From: an uncultured Microbacteriaceae bacterium
GTDB lineage: Bacteria; Actinomycetota; Actinomycetes; Actinomycetales; Microbacteriaceae
Direction of reading: 5' to 3'
Assembly (NCBI GenBank): GCA_964462815.1
Contig: CAYWZI010000001.1
Coordinates: 1 to 55,740 of the forward strand
DNA: 55,740 nt
Shown: positions 1-10,559 of the stretch, one piece after another
Position numbering within the stretch: position 1 is the first letter of the stretch
Layout of the letters: each line of letters starts with the position of its first letter
Notes under the pieces: generated by a model
Told to the model about the DNA's origin: nothing
Databases searched by the model: none
What the model saw: the letters and a program-made list of their open reading frames with translations, nothing else
Position numbers and translations under genes: made by a program

Positions 1-689
1 CCACTCTTCGGGGTGAAGAACGGGACATCCGGTGTCTTTAGGACCAAGCCTGGATGCTTGGCCATCTCGAGTACTCGCTGGAAGGTCGGATCTGCGACAC
101 CGAGACCAACGGACGGACGTCCGAAGTGATCCAGGACGACGGTCAACCCCGGCAACTTATGGAGTATAGAGTCGACTGTCGAGAGATCCTCGGGATAAGC
201 ATGTAATGCAAGGGGAAGCCTGGTATCAAGCAACAGCTCCCGGAGCCGCCGCGAATCGTCATCGAGCAGTCTATGCAACGGTCCGTCATCCGCGGCGATT
301 CGAACCCCGCTAGCACCCCTCGAAATCTTCCTTGACAGTTGCGTCGCCGCGAGCGGTGTATTCATGTCACAACGCACCACGGCCACGAGTCGGTCAGGGT
401 AGGCGCGCGCCGCGCTTAAGGTGTACTCGTCATTCCAACCCATCGATCTTGGTGTGATTATGGCGGCACGGTTGACGCCGGCACCGTCCATATCGGCCAG
501 CAACGATTCGACTTGTCCGCCGGCATCCGGCACGGCAAGCTCTGGGTGCGATGGATTGAGCCAAACGTGCGTGTGCATATCGTTTCGGACAACTCTATGG
601 ATCGAGTTCAAGGTCGACTCCTGTACTTCGCTAGGGGCTCGTCGGCGTTGACGACCCGAGGTGTAGGTCTGGCTGGACCGAGGGTTCAT
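1..689 (-). CDS. Amidohydrolase_2 family protein (lactonase-like), runs off the left edge
   Basis: Not in the ORF track because there is no stop in the window. Manual translation gives ...RNDMHTHVWL...LLADMDGAGVNRAAII...LHAY...VVLDHFGRP...LVLKT, i.e. the DxHxH and DHxGxP motifs. ATG 689 overlaps the ALDH stop (ATGA); alternative TTG start at 611 after CAGGAG. Confidence 0.8.
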   Translation of the reverse strand, partial: MNPRSSQTYTSGRQRRRAPSEVQESTLNSIHRVVRNDMHTHVWLNPSHPELAVPDAGGQVESLLADMDGAGVNRAAIITPRSMGWNDEYTLSAARAYPDRLVAVVRCDMNTPLAATQLSRKISRGASGVRIAADDGPLHRLLDDDSRRLRELLLDTRLPLALHAYPEDLSTVDSILHKLPGLTVVLDHFGRPSVGLGVADPTFQRVLEMAKHPGLVLKTPDVPFFTPKS

Positions 690-2197
690 GGCTGACGCAT
701 GTCGTCGAATGTGTCTTCCAGAAGGGAATCCTCGAAGCCTTGAAAACAGACGGGACGCAAGAACCGATCCGCAGCGGAGGTGCCCACCGCTGTGAAGCGG
801 GAATCTGTGGTTGCCGGATATGGCCCCCCGTGCACCATCGCGGGGCTAACTGCGACTCCAGTAGGCCAGCCGTTGGCGATCACCCGCCCAGCCTTCCGTT
901 CGAGGATCGGAAGCAATGAGCGAACCGAGAGCACTTCCGACTCCCCAAACCACAAGGTCGCGGTTAGCTGCCCGTCGAGCGACTCGATGATGTCCTGCAG
1001 ATCAGCGACTTGCTCGTAGCGCACGATGAGCGCGGAGGCTCCGAAACACTCGTCAGCCCAGGCCCTATTGGACATGAACTCCGAGGCATCAATCTCAAAG
1101 AGCCTCGGAGCGGGCGCGTTGATCGAGAGGTCCGCTGCACCAGCTGCAAGCTGACGTGCCCCGCGCTGCAACGCCGCGCCGCTATTCTCGAGGTAGCTCG
1201 CGGCAATGCCTTTCGTGAGCATAGTTTGAGCGACTCCACTCCCTACCAGCTCTGCCGCGTGGGATACGAACGGACTCCCGGTGTGCCCCGACGGGACGAA
1301 TACCAGGCCCGGATTCGTGCAGTACTGCCCGGCGCCGAGCATTAGGGACGACACGAAGCCGCGCGCCACGTCTGGGGTGGCTGCCGTCGGCAACACAAAC
1401 ACCGGATTCACCGAACTCATTTCTGCGAAGACCGGGATTGGTGTTGGTCGCTCAGCAGCTACCTGGGCCAACGCGAGTCCGCCAGCCCGTGAACCAGTGA
1501 ATCCCACTGCCCGAACAGCCTGGTGCCGCACTAGTGCCGTGCCGACTTCGCGGCTACCTAGGACATGGCCGAACACTCCGGCTGGCAGCCCGGATGATCG
1601 GACAGCATCCGCCACAATCGTGGCCACCCGAACGCTCGTTGCCAGGTGTGCACTGTGCGCCTTCACGATCACAGGACAACCCACAGAGAGCGCCGCGGCA
1701 ACGTCGCCTCCCGCAGTTGAGAAGGCAATCGGAAAATTGCTGGCCGAAAACACCGCGACAGGACCGATTGCCACAGTTCGCATCCGGATGTCTGCGTTGG
1801 GCGAGCCCGGTGCTCGCTCAACACTCCGACGTCCGATTGTTCCACCGAGCAGTGCAGCAGCGAACATTCGTAGCTGAGCTGTTGTGCGTTGTATCTCGGA
1901 GGCTAGCCGTTCCTGCGTCAGGCCAGTCTCTTGGTGAGCGATTTCGACGACATCGTCGCTCGCGTCCTCCAACCGCCCTGCGATGTCCTCGAGAAAACCA
2001 GCTCTCTGGGATGCTCGCGTGTGCCGATAGCCGTCCGCCGCGCCATCCGCCGACTCTGCGATGCGTTCAAGTTGAGCGATAGACGCGCCTCGAAACTCGG
2101 CGACTACGCGCCCGCTAGAGGGATCACGCGTTCTTGCGACTTGTCCTTCACCCTCAATGGCGTGACCCTCAGCGACGAGTCCGGGCGTCCTCTTCAT
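686..2197 (-). CDS. NADP-dependent aldehyde dehydrogenase, 2,5-dioxovalerate (alpha-ketoglutaric semialdehyde) dehydrogenase type
   Basis: Motifs VAVFSASNFPIAFSTAGGD, GFTGSRAGG, AEMSSVNP, GQYCTNPG and MVHGGPYPATTD; coupled to kdgD. Confidence 0.9.
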   Translation of the reverse strand: MKRTPGLVAEGHAIEGEGQVARTRDPSSGRVVAEFRGASIAQLERIAESADGAADGYRHTRASQRAGFLEDIAGRLEDASDDVVEIAHQETGLTQERLASEIQRTTAQLRMFAAALLGGTIGRRSVERAPGSPNADIRMRTVAIGPVAVFSASNFPIAFSTAGGDVAAALSVGCPVIVKAHSAHLATSVRVATIVADAVRSSGLPAGVFGHVLGSREVGTALVRHQAVRAVGFTGSRAGGLALAQVAAERPTPIPVFAEMSSVNPVFVLPTAATPDVARGFVSSLMLGAGQYCTNPGLVFVPSGHTGSPFVSHAAELVGSGVAQTMLTKGIAASYLENSGAALQRGARQLAAGAADLSINAPAPRLFEIDASEFMSNRAWADECFGASALIVRYEQVADLQDIIESLDGQLTATLWFGESEVLSVRSLLPILERKAGRVIANGWPTGVAVSPAMVHGGPYPATTDSRFTAVGTSAADRFLRPVCFQGFEDSLLEDTFDDMRQP

Positions 2198-3114
2198 CGG
2201 ACATCGGCAATCGATTGGATTAGCCGCGCAAGGTCAGCAACGTCGCCTTCCGGGAGATCTACCAGAGGTGATCGAACGGCCCCAACGGGTCGTCCGACCG
2301 CGCGCATGCCTGCCTTTACGATCGAAACCGCCGCGGCCGGGTTGCGATCGCGAATGTCAAGGTACGGAAGAACGAAGCGGCGCAACAGCTCCGTAACCCC
2401 ATCTGTGTCCCGCGCATGCACTCGCTTGTAGAACTCAAGTGCGAACTCCGGAACGAAGTTGAACATCGCCGATGAGTAGGTGGTGACACCCAGTTGCAGG
2501 TACGGAAGAGCGAATGTCTCCGCGGTTGGCAATCCTCCAATGTAGACAAGCCGATCCCTCAAGCTGCTCACTATTCGCGTAACCAACTCGATATCGCCAG
2601 TTCCATCCTTTAGACCGACAAAGTTCGGGCACTCCTCTGCCAATCGAGATACGCCAGGCTCGCCCAGCACACCATTGCTGCGGTTGTAGTAGATCACGCC
2701 AAGTCCGGTTGCTGCGCAGACCGCTCTCGCCCGGGCCAGGAGTCCTTCGACTGGTGCCTCCGTCAGGTAGGGAGGAAACAGGAGTATCCCATCTGCGCCG
2801 GCGGCCTCCGCATCACGCGCCTGCGCAACCGCGCTCAGAGTCGAACCCCCAGCTGGGGCGAGAATCGGCACTTGTCTAGCGGACGTAGCGACTGCAACGC
2901 GCGTGATACGCGCGACTTCGGAATCGCTGAGCGAGAAGAACTCACCCGTGCCGCCAGCTGCAAAAAGGGCCGCGACCGGGTAGCCGGCCAGCCAACCAAG
3001 ATGTTCTTCGTAGCGGGCTTGATCGAACTCCAATTCTTCGTTGAAGGGCGTGACTGGGAACGACAGCAAGCCGGTGGAGAGCCTGCCAGCTAGCGAGGAA
3101 GGGGTGAGTGGCAT
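2194..3114 (-). CDS. kdgD: 5-dehydro-4-deoxyglucarate dehydratase (DapA family)
   Basis: GLLSFPVTPF, FAAGGTGEFFSL, GLKDGTGD, YIGGLPTAE and TYSSAMFNF are characteristic; AGAAAGG RBS. Confidence 0.9.
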   Translation of the reverse strand: MPLTPSSLAGRLSTGLLSFPVTPFNEELEFDQARYEEHLGWLAGYPVAALFAAGGTGEFFSLSDSEVARITRVAVATSARQVPILAPAGGSTLSAVAQARDAEAAGADGILLFPPYLTEAPVEGLLARARAVCAATGLGVIYYNRSNGVLGEPGVSRLAEECPNFVGLKDGTGDIELVTRIVSSLRDRLVYIGGLPTAETFALPYLQLGVTTYSSAMFNFVPEFALEFYKRVHARDTDGVTELLRRFVLPYLDIRDRNPAAAVSIVKAGMRAVGRPVGAVRSPLVDLPEGDVADLARLIQSIADVR

Positions 3115-3154
3115 CGGCGGCCTTTCTTCTACTCGTGACCTAAGTCTTTTGTTC

Positions 3155-3163
3155 TGCTAGCTT
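3155..3163 (+). promoter_or_regulatory. Extended -10 element (TGcTAGCTT), probable leaderless promoter
   Basis: TGn-TAnnnT ends 6 nt before ATG 3170; no RBS visible. Confidence 0.4.
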
Positions 3164-3169
3164 AGCACC

Positions 3170-4315
3170 ATGAGCGAAAGCGCGTGGAACGAGATCCGGA
3201 TGAACTTCGCGTGGGAAGGGTCGGGGGTCTACCTGAACACTGCCGCGGAAGGCCTGCTTCCGCGCATCGCAGAGCGCGGCTTCGCTCGGTATTTCGAAGC
3301 AAAAGCGCTCGGCTCCCTAGGCCGTCCTGCCCTCGCAAGAATCGAGTCAGAGGCACGAACTGCAATCGCACGATTGATTGGAGGCTCACCCGACGACTTT
3401 GCCTTCGTTTCGTCCACGAGTCGCGCTCTAGCAGTAGCCGTAGGGTTGACTGAGATTTCGCCTGGGGCGAACGTGGTAATGCTCGATAGCGAGTTCCCCT
3501 CTGCGATATTGACCGGACAAATGCTGAGCGGGACCGGCGTGGAACTGCGACTTGTTCCTGCGATCGGAACCGACGCAGGCGAGGAACAATTAGCGAACGA
3601 AGTCGATGAAATGACAGCAGCAGTGATCGTTAGCTCGGTCAGCTTCATCACCGGTCGGATGTTGGACTTCCGATTACTTAGGAATATGCTGGGAGCAAGA
3701 AGACCCGTAGTTATTGTTGATGCTATCCAGTCGGCAGGGCTATTCGACTTGCCCCTTGATGAAATTGACGTCCTAATGTTCGGCACCTACAAATGGCTCC
3801 TTGGACCGCACGGTGTTGCCGCTCTCTACTGCAACCCTCGCACAATGAGGGATAGGAGCCCTGCGTATCGGGGCTGGCGTGGCGTTACCGAGGTATTTCA
3901 TGAGAAACGTATGAGAACGCATACTCTGCACCGCGATGCTCGCCGCTTCGAGGATGGAATGCCCAATTACCTTGGTCTTGCCGTTCTGTTGGAGAGCATG
4001 TCATTCCTAGAATCAATAGGACGGGAGGCACGTGAGTCATACACCAAGGGTTTGGTAGACGCCTTCGTTTCTAGTCTCAATGATGTCGGGATACTCTGCG
4101 GCCCCTCTGAACCAAGCCGTCGAGCGGGCATCGTGACTATTCCAGTGCACCCTGCCGAGAATGTGGCGGACGCCCTTGCGAAACAAGGTTTCCACGTTTG
4201 GGGTCGAGAACGAGTGCTACGGGTATCACCTTACATATACAACTCTGCCAGTGAACTCGCGGCGCTTGCGAGGGCCCTTCCTCCTTTATTGAAAGGCCTG
4301 GAAAGACGTGGCTGA
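3170..4315 (+). CDS. Aminotransferase class V PLP-dependent enzyme
   Basis: YLNTAAEG, VDAIQSAG, GTYKWLLGPHG (PLP lysine) and LRVSPYIYN. Confidence 0.85.
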   Translation: MSESAWNEIRMNFAWEGSGVYLNTAAEGLLPRIAERGFARYFEAKALGSLGRPALARIESEARTAIARLIGGSPDDFAFVSSTSRALAVAVGLTEISPGANVVMLDSEFPSAILTGQMLSGTGVELRLVPAIGTDAGEEQLANEVDEMTAAVIVSSVSFITGRMLDFRLLRNMLGARRPVVIVDAIQSAGLFDLPLDEIDVLMFGTYKWLLGPHGVAALYCNPRTMRDRSPAYRGWRGVTEVFHEKRMRTHTLHRDARRFEDGMPNYLGLAVLLESMSFLESIGREARESYTKGLVDAFVSSLNDVGILCGPSEPSRRAGIVTIPVHPAENVADALAKQGFHVWGRERVLRVSPYIYNSASELAALARALPPLLKGLERRG

Positions 4316-5747
4316 TAACTTGATTGAAGTAGATTTCCTAATCCGGCATGGATATGTAATCACCATGGACGGCCAGGACCGAGTTTACGCAGATGGCGCG
4401 ATTGCGATTCGCGGCGCAGACATTGTTGAAGTAGGCGAAGATTCAGATCTACTCCGCCGCTATTTCGCGAAGCACCAGATAGAAGCTGCAGGTGCTCCCG
4501 TACATCCGGGTCTCGTGGAGACTCACGTTCATCCTGCGTACCACCTGTTTCGTGGGATCGCGGCGGACGACGTTACCGAAGACGAGATGTTCGTTCGCTT
4601 CACGAGATCGTATCTCGACACGGTCACAGCAGGGGAGGAGTTTCTTGCCGTTCAACTCGCCGCAATCGAAATGGTCCGGAACGGGACGACATGCTTTGTC
4701 GAGGCAGGTTCGGTGTTTGAGCCGGAGTCAGCCGCTCGCGCTGCGCATGCGGTTGGCATTCGGGCCATCTTGGCCGACCCCTTTGTCATGGACCGGCCCG
4801 ATGACTTCATCTGGGACATGGGCGAACCGCGCAATGGGAAGCTGAAGGAGCTACGAGAGCCGCAGAACCTCGAGCAAGCCGTTGACGTTCTTGGCGGACA
4901 ACTCTGGCGAAACGCCGATCCAGAGGCTTTGGTAACGGGCCACATCGCCTTGCGTGGTTTGGGTACGGCGAGCCCAGAGTTGATCCAACTCTCTAAGAGC
5001 CTTGCGTCACAGCACAATGCGATCCTGAACATGCATCACGCGTTTGGGATTTCTGATCATGAAGCGGTAGCCCGAATGTTTGGTGCCGATCCCGTGCTGG
5101 GCCTCGCTGAACTTGGCGTATTGGACGAATCACTCCTCCTGAGCCACGCCAATGTGTTGACCGACGCGGAAGCGGGCGTGTTGCTGGAATCCGGCGCCGG
5201 AGTCTCGTGGGCTCCCGCAGCGTCACTACTATGGGGCCATTCGGTTGCCCTATCGAGTCGGCATGCTTACCTCTGGCGGAATGGAGGCTCGCTGGGCTTT
5301 GGATCTGATTCGAGTAACTGGGCGAACGCCTTTGATATATTCCGACAAGCTCAACTGGCGATCCTGTTTAGTCGATTGATTGAAGGTAGTCGGAAGTCGC
5401 TGTCCTCCAATGACGCTCTCCGAATCGCAACCATCGGAGGCGCTCGCGCGGCCGGCCTCGGTTCAAGAATCGGATCCTTGGAGGCGGGGAAACGGGCTGA
5501 CCTCGTTATCCACACCGCCGATCGGCCAGAAATGGTTCCCGCTCTTGACCCGGTTCGGAATCTCATGTACTCCGCTGGGTCGAAAGCCGTAAACACAGTG
5601 ATGATCAACGGAAGAGTAGTTCTGAGGGATGGCATCATCGTGGGAGTAGACGAAGCATCCGCACTTTCTGCGGTCGAGGACGTGGCGCGTGTGGTTGTTG
5701 CACGCACCGGCTACCTTCCCAGGCGGGATGGAATGCTTCGTGGCTAG
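4308..5747 (+). CDS. Metal-dependent amidohydrolase (MTA/SAH deaminase/AtzA-like)
   Basis: PGLVETHVH, NGTTCF, GFGSDS, ATIGGARAAGL, IGSLEAGKRADL and VMINGRVV. Confidence 0.85.
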   Translation: MADNLIEVDFLIRHGYVITMDGQDRVYADGAIAIRGADIVEVGEDSDLLRRYFAKHQIEAAGAPVHPGLVETHVHPAYHLFRGIAADDVTEDEMFVRFTRSYLDTVTAGEEFLAVQLAAIEMVRNGTTCFVEAGSVFEPESAARAAHAVGIRAILADPFVMDRPDDFIWDMGEPRNGKLKELREPQNLEQAVDVLGGQLWRNADPEALVTGHIALRGLGTASPELIQLSKSLASQHNAILNMHHAFGISDHEAVARMFGADPVLGLAELGVLDESLLLSHANVLTDAEAGVLLESGAGVSWAPAASLLWGHSVALSSRHAYLWRNGGSLGFGSDSSNWANAFDIFRQAQLAILFSRLIEGSRKSLSSNDALRIATIGGARAAGLGSRIGSLEAGKRADLVIHTADRPEMVPALDPVRNLMYSAGSKAVNTVMINGRVVLRDGIIVGVDEASALSAVEDVARVVVARTGYLPRRDGMLRG

Positions 5748-6723
5748 AGGATCCACACCACTAAGGGTCGTAATCGTAGGTGCGGGGAGCATCTCCCGGG
5801 AACACGCTCGAGCGATCGATCTGATTCCAGAGGCGAAACTGGTCGCGGTCGCCGATACCAATAGGGACGCAGCTAGTGCTTTGGCCTCACATAGCGGCGC
5901 TTTGGCGGTGAGCAGCTTGGCCGAGTGTCTCTCTGAGTTGGCAGTGGATGCCGCGATCGTTGCAACGCCTACACACACCCACATTGATATCGGTACCGAG
6001 GCGCTCAGCGCTGGCCTCCATGTGATGATCGAGAAGCCTGTAGCACCCAGCCTGACAGCCTTGGACTCTATCGTGTCTCAAGCTAGCGCCTCGAAGCTCG
6101 TTTTGGTGAGTGGTCAAGTCGTCCGCTTTCTGCCGACCGTTGCGGTCGCCCGCGAGCTAGTTGCCAGTGGCCGAATCGGGCACATCCAGCAATTGGTGGA
6201 GCGCCGCTTCGAGCTTCGCAGGGAAGCAGCCGCTTGGTGGTCGAAGTCTGAGGATTTCCTCCTGCACCATTGGGGGTCACACTCGATCGATCTGATGATC
6301 GACCTCTTCAAGGTGAAAGTTACACGGATCCTGTGCCGCGGCGATTCATCAATTCCTGGCTTTGGTGGCCTCGCCAGCGTCGATCTACTAGGACAGTTGG
6401 ATGGTGGAGGTCGTGTCGCAGTGCATCACTCCCTTTCGGGCCGTCATCGGGTTCACGACCTATTGGTAGTCGGTACTGAGGGTTCGCTGCTGTTCACTGG
6501 CTACGGTTCAGTTTCTCTAGACGGTGAAGAACTCTTCTCAGCCCGCGAGTCGGACTCGCTAGCGGAGGGATTTCGAGCACAGATGGCCGATTTCGTTTTG
6601 GCCGCGCGGGGAGAGAAACTACCAAGAGCATCGGCGAGTACAATGAGCGCGCCATTAGCAGTGCTACAAGCAGCCTCCCGATCCCTTGAGTCCGGCGAAG
6701 TCGAACCTGTGAAATATAGCTGA
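5740..6723 (+). CDS. Gfo/Idh/MocA family oxidoreductase
   Basis: VVIVGAGSIS, VATPTHTH, HVMIEKP and HSIDL; GTG 5740 overlaps the upstream stop. Confidence 0.85.
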   Translation: MARGSTPLRVVIVGAGSISREHARAIDLIPEAKLVAVADTNRDAASALASHSGALAVSSLAECLSELAVDAAIVATPTHTHIDIGTEALSAGLHVMIEKPVAPSLTALDSIVSQASASKLVLVSGQVVRFLPTVAVARELVASGRIGHIQQLVERRFELRREAAAWWSKSEDFLLHHWGSHSIDLMIDLFKVKVTRILCRGDSSIPGFGGLASVDLLGQLDGGGRVAVHHSLSGRHRVHDLLVVGTEGSLLFTGYGSVSLDGEELFSARESDSLAEGFRAQMADFVLAARGEKLPRASASTMSAPLAVLQAASRSLESGEVEPVKYS

Positions 6724-6807
6724 GCACTTACAGCAACGCCCCGAATCTCCATGAGCTACGCGGCCCGAGGAGGTTACTGGAACCGCCTAAGTGGCTTCCA
6801 GCAGCAG

Positions 6808-7899
6808 TCATCGACCGCGAATCGATTCAGGACCTTTGAGGCGAGTAGAGACCAGAGCACTGCGGCGCACTAGACCAGGGGGTACCTCAGCGAGGCTCTC
6901 CACACCTGATTCCCGTCCGGCGGCCATGAGCTCATCGTTCAGCAGCGCCAGCACTTTGTCCACTCCCACTCGACCCGCAGTTGCGAGTCCCCAGAGGACT
7001 GGCCGACCCACGAGCACAGCGCGCGCGCCAAGAGCGAGTGCACGGAGAACATCCACCCCGCTGCGGATGCCACCGTCCACGTACACCTCGATCGCACCAT
7101 CGACAGCTGCAACGATCTCAGGAAGAACTTCTGCTGTTGGAAGTGTTCCATCAACCTGCCGCCCCCCATGGTTGCTCACGATTATGCCTGCACATCCCAC
7201 CTCGGCTGCCCTTCGAGCGACGTCCGGGTGCATAACTCCCTTTAGGACCAGAGGCAGCCCGGAGTTCCTGACAGCCCACTCAACGAGAGACCAGTCGAGG
7301 TCTTGCAGTAGTGGACGTCTATCGTTCATCGGATGCGGAAGCCCTGGGGGCAGGTCCGTATCGCCGTGGGGTCGACGGCGGACTGGAACGGGAATCTTGC
7401 TGTCGATTGTCAACACGGCGGCGCTAGCCCCCGCGGCGCGCACACGATTCAATAAACCGAGGGTATGAGCGTGTTGTTCGAATGCGTAGAACTGAAACCA
7501 GATGTTGCTGCCGGGGATGGCACAAAGGGACTCGATCTCCACATTCGCATTCATCGAGACAACCGAAATCTGCATCTTCCCTGCGGCCGCACGTACCGTA
7601 GCGATTTCGCCTTCTGGGTGGGCGAGGAACTGCGACGCGATAGGCGCTACCATCACAGGCGATGCGACCCTCGTCCCCAGAATGGTCGAATCAGTTGCCA
7701 ACAACCCGCCGCCGCCCAGGGGGTTCGGGGTGAGGAACCATGCACTCCAAGCGGCCTCGTTAGCTTGGAGGGTGACTTCACTCCCAGCTCCAGTCTCAAA
7801 ATAGGAGTACGCAACATCCGATAGAACCTCAGCTGCAATGCGACGAAGTCCAGCGAGGCTAACTCCGTGGAGGTATGGCTTGGGCCACGCCGACTCCAT
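6808..7899 (-). CDS. FMN-dependent alpha-hydroxy acid oxidase/dehydrogenase
   Basis: AHPEGE, LVLKGV, IIVSNHGGRQVD, VDGGIRSGVDV and LVGRP. Confidence 0.9.
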   Translation of the reverse strand: MESAWPKPYLHGVSLAGLRRIAAEVLSDVAYSYFETGAGSEVTLQANEAAWSAWFLTPNPLGGGGLLATDSTILGTRVASPVMVAPIASQFLAHPEGEIATVRAAAGKMQISVVSMNANVEIESLCAIPGSNIWFQFYAFEQHAHTLGLLNRVRAAGASAAVLTIDSKIPVPVRRRPHGDTDLPPGLPHPMNDRRPLLQDLDWSLVEWAVRNSGLPLVLKGVMHPDVARRAAEVGCAGIIVSNHGGRQVDGTLPTAEVLPEIVAAVDGAIEVYVDGGIRSGVDVLRALALGARAVLVGRPVLWGLATAGRVGVDKVLALLNDELMAAGRESGVESLAEVPPGLVRRSALVSTRLKGPESIRGR

Positions 7900-7901
7900 T
7901 C

Positions 7902-8894
7902 TCAGCCCTGGCCAAGATCGATGAGGGCGTCAGCTTGCCACGACACCGACACATCAACGCCGCACTCGAGTTCACCGTCTCTTGGGCCACCGCGAACGAT
8001 GAACCGGCCGAGATCGGTGGCGATTGAGTACTGAATCGCATGCCCGAGATAGACCTTTTCCACAACAGTTCCTTGCCTGCCCACGTCGACGCGGTCTGGC
8101 ATAATCTCAACCCTTTCGGGCCGTATCGCGACACGGCGGCCTTCAAGCGAGAACACGTTCAACTCACCAACGAAATCGGCGACGAACGCGTCCGTGGGGT
8201 GGGCGTATATCTCTCGAGGCGTACCTACCTGGAGGAGACGACCATCGTTCATAATCCCAATACGATCGGACATGATCAGCGCCTCCTCTTGATCATGGGT
8301 CACGTAGACGAAAGTGGTGCCAAGTCGTTCCTGGATGGACTTCAACTCGAGCTGCATTCGCTTCCGAAGCTTCACGTCAAGTGCACTGAGTGGCTCGTCG
8401 AGCAAGAGCGCCTTCGGCCGATTAACAAGTGCTCGCGCCAGCGCAACTCGTTGTTGCTGACCACCAGATAGCTGGTCAGCGCGCCGATCTGAGTACTCTG
8501 CAACGCCGACTGCGACAAGCATCTCATCTACACGCTCGTCGATCTCTGCGCGTCGCAATCGTCGGGTTCTCAGTCCGTAACCGACATTCCTACGCACAGA
8601 CATGTGCGGGAAAAGTTCGTACTTCTGGAACACCAAATTGACTTCACGACGATTAGCAGGAACATTCGTGACGTCTTGACCATCAAGTCGGATGCTTCCG
8701 CGATCGGGGAACTCAAATCCCGCAAGCATCCTCAAAGTGGTGGTTTTGCCGCAACCCGATGGCCCAAGCAGTGAGAAAAACTCACCAGACTTGATTTCGA
8801 GATCCAGATGCCGAACTGCTGGCGCTGAGCCGTAAGCCTTCCGAACTCCCGCCAGTTCTATTGCAGTGAAAGAACGGTCAGATGCCAGGTTCAC
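7902..8894 (-). CDS. ABC transporter ATP-binding protein (PotA-like)
   Basis: GPSGCGKTT, LSGGQQQRVALARAL, LLDEPLSALD and YVTHDQEEA. Confidence 0.93.
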   Translation of the reverse strand: MNLASDRSFTAIELAGVRKAYGSAPAVRHLDLEIKSGEFFSLLGPSGCGKTTTLRMLAGFEFPDRGSIRLDGQDVTNVPANRREVNLVFQKYELFPHMSVRRNVGYGLRTRRLRRAEIDERVDEMLVAVGVAEYSDRRADQLSGGQQQRVALARALVNRPKALLLDEPLSALDVKLRKRMQLELKSIQERLGTTFVYVTHDQEEALIMSDRIGIMNDGRLLQVGTPREIYAHPTDAFVADFVGELNVFSLEGRRVAIRPERVEIMPDRVDVGRQGTVVEKVYLGHAIQYSIATDLGRFIVRGGPRDGELECGVDVSVSWQADALIDLGQG

Positions 8895-9685
8895 ACGGAC
8901 TCCTTCGAGGTTCGTCGGGCGGAGAAAAATGCTAGCGCGGTGGTAACTACAAGCAGGACTGTTCCTATCGCGTTGATCGATGGATCGAGCTTAACGTTGA
9001 GGCGTCCGTACATCATCAATGGAAGCGTCTTGTCCTGGCCCGCGGTAAAGAATGCGACGATGAACTCATCGGCGGACAATGCCATAGCCAACAACATCGA
9101 ACCCAGCACAGCTGGCAAAATAATGGGCAAAGTAATCGTGTAGAACGCCCGGAAAGCTGTAGCTCCTAAGTCACGAGCGGCCTCCAATAAAGAAAACCGA
9201 AACCGGTCGAGCGTTGAGGCGATAATCAGGAGCACAAATGGCAACGATTGAATTATGTGTCCAGCGATTGTCACACCCAGAGAGAACCCGAGACCCGCCT
9301 CGCGTGAGAAAATTGCGAGGCCGATCGCGTACAAGAGTGCTGGGAAAGACATCGGAACCATCGCGAAGAACAAGACAACGCCCTTCGCCCGCACGCTGAT
9401 GCCTACGATGGCGAGGCCGGCGAGGGTGCCCAGCACGCCCGTTACAAGACCCGTAGACACCGCGGCGATCGCAGAGCGACCCATCGCTCTTAGTATCTCT
9501 ACGTCGCTGAATATGTCCTCATACCAACGGAGAGAGAACCCTTCGAACGGGAAGGCCATGCGGGGACTTGAGTGAAAGGAGAAAAGCACCACGATGGCCA
9601 AGGGGCCGAATAAGAAGATAAGAACAGAAGTTGCGTAAAGTACAGCGCCCCATGGCGCACGGCGCCATCGCGAAGTCAGACTCAT
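8891..9685 (-). CDS. ABC transporter permease (PotC-like)
   Basis: GFSLRWY and LEAARDLGA (EAA loop), multiple TM segments; start set at ATG 9685, which overlaps the upstream stop. Confidence 0.88.
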   Translation of the reverse strand: MSLTSRWRRAPWGAVLYATSVLIFLFGPLAIVVLFSFHSSPRMAFPFEGFSLRWYEDIFSDVEILRAMGRSAIAAVSTGLVTGVLGTLAGLAIVGISVRAKGVVLFFAMVPMSFPALLYAIGLAIFSREAGLGFSLGVTIAGHIIQSLPFVLLIIASTLDRFRFSLLEAARDLGATAFRAFYTITLPIILPAVLGSMLLAMALSADEFIVAFFTAGQDKTLPLMMYGRLNVKLDPSINAIGTVLLVVTTALAFFSARRTSKESV

Positions 9686-10527
9686 CGCACAACCCTCCTG
9701 AGAATCGTCAGTAGTGTCCCAATGAGCAACGCCAGCAGGAGAACGAGGGTCACAGAAAGGGCCGACCCTAAAGGCCAGTCGAAGCCAGCGCCGAAGAGAT
9801 ATGCGATTCGGTTTCCGATCATCTGATCCTCTGTCCCCCCGAGCAGTTGTGGCGTCAGCCACTCCGCGGCGGTGGCGATAAACGTGAACACAAAGGCAGC
9901 TGTGACCCCTCGCAAGGTGAGAGGCAAGACCACTTTGCCCGCAGCGCCCAGACGCGACGAGCCAAGATCCTGTGCTGCCTCAAGCTGCCCAGGAGATACA
10001 TTCTGCATAGCCGCGTACATCGGCAGTATTCCCAAAGGCAGGTAGAAGTTGATCATCGCGACAACTATTGCGAACTCGCCGTTTCGAAGAAGGTCGAGGG
10101 GTTCACTCACGAAGCCGACAGAGATCAATGCGGAATTTGCAATTCCTTCCGCGCCAAAGATACTGCGCCACGCGTATATACGCACGAGATAACCGCCGAA
10201 CAGACTGACTAGCACCAAGAAGTAGAGAAACGCCTTCCTCGATCTAAGTGAGTAGGTTATGACAAAGGCATAGAAAAATCCTACGATTACAATCACCGAT
10301 GCGGTGATAATCGATATCCTTAGTGTGCGCACGAAGTATGTTCTGTATACCTCACTGGAGAGCGCTGTAGCGTAGTTGTCGAGGCTCAGGGTGGGTATGA
10401 AATCAAAGTTCTCGGTGGTGTAAAAGCTGTACGCAACCAGAAGTAGTAGTGGCGCACCAAAGAGGGCCGAATAGTAGACCGATGCTGGAACCAGCAACAT
10501 CGTTGTGGCAAGGCGATTCGGTCTCAT
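9682..10527 (-). CDS. ABC transporter permease (PotB-like)
   Basis: LVRIYAW, LEAAQDLGS, TPQLLGG and DWPLGSALS. Confidence 0.88.
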   Translation of the reverse strand: MRPNRLATTMLLVPASVYYSALFGAPLLLLVAYSFYTTENFDFIPTLSLDNYATALSSEVYRTYFVRTLRISIITASVIVIVGFFYAFVITYSLRSRKAFLYFLVLVSLFGGYLVRIYAWRSIFGAEGIANSALISVGFVSEPLDLLRNGEFAIVVAMINFYLPLGILPMYAAMQNVSPGQLEAAQDLGSSRLGAAGKVVLPLTLRGVTAAFVFTFIATAAEWLTPQLLGGTEDQMIGNRIAYLFGAGFDWPLGSALSVTLVLLLALLIGTLLTILRRVVR

Positions 10528-10559
10528 TCGGCCCTCTCCTAGTGCTCAGAGTGTATTAG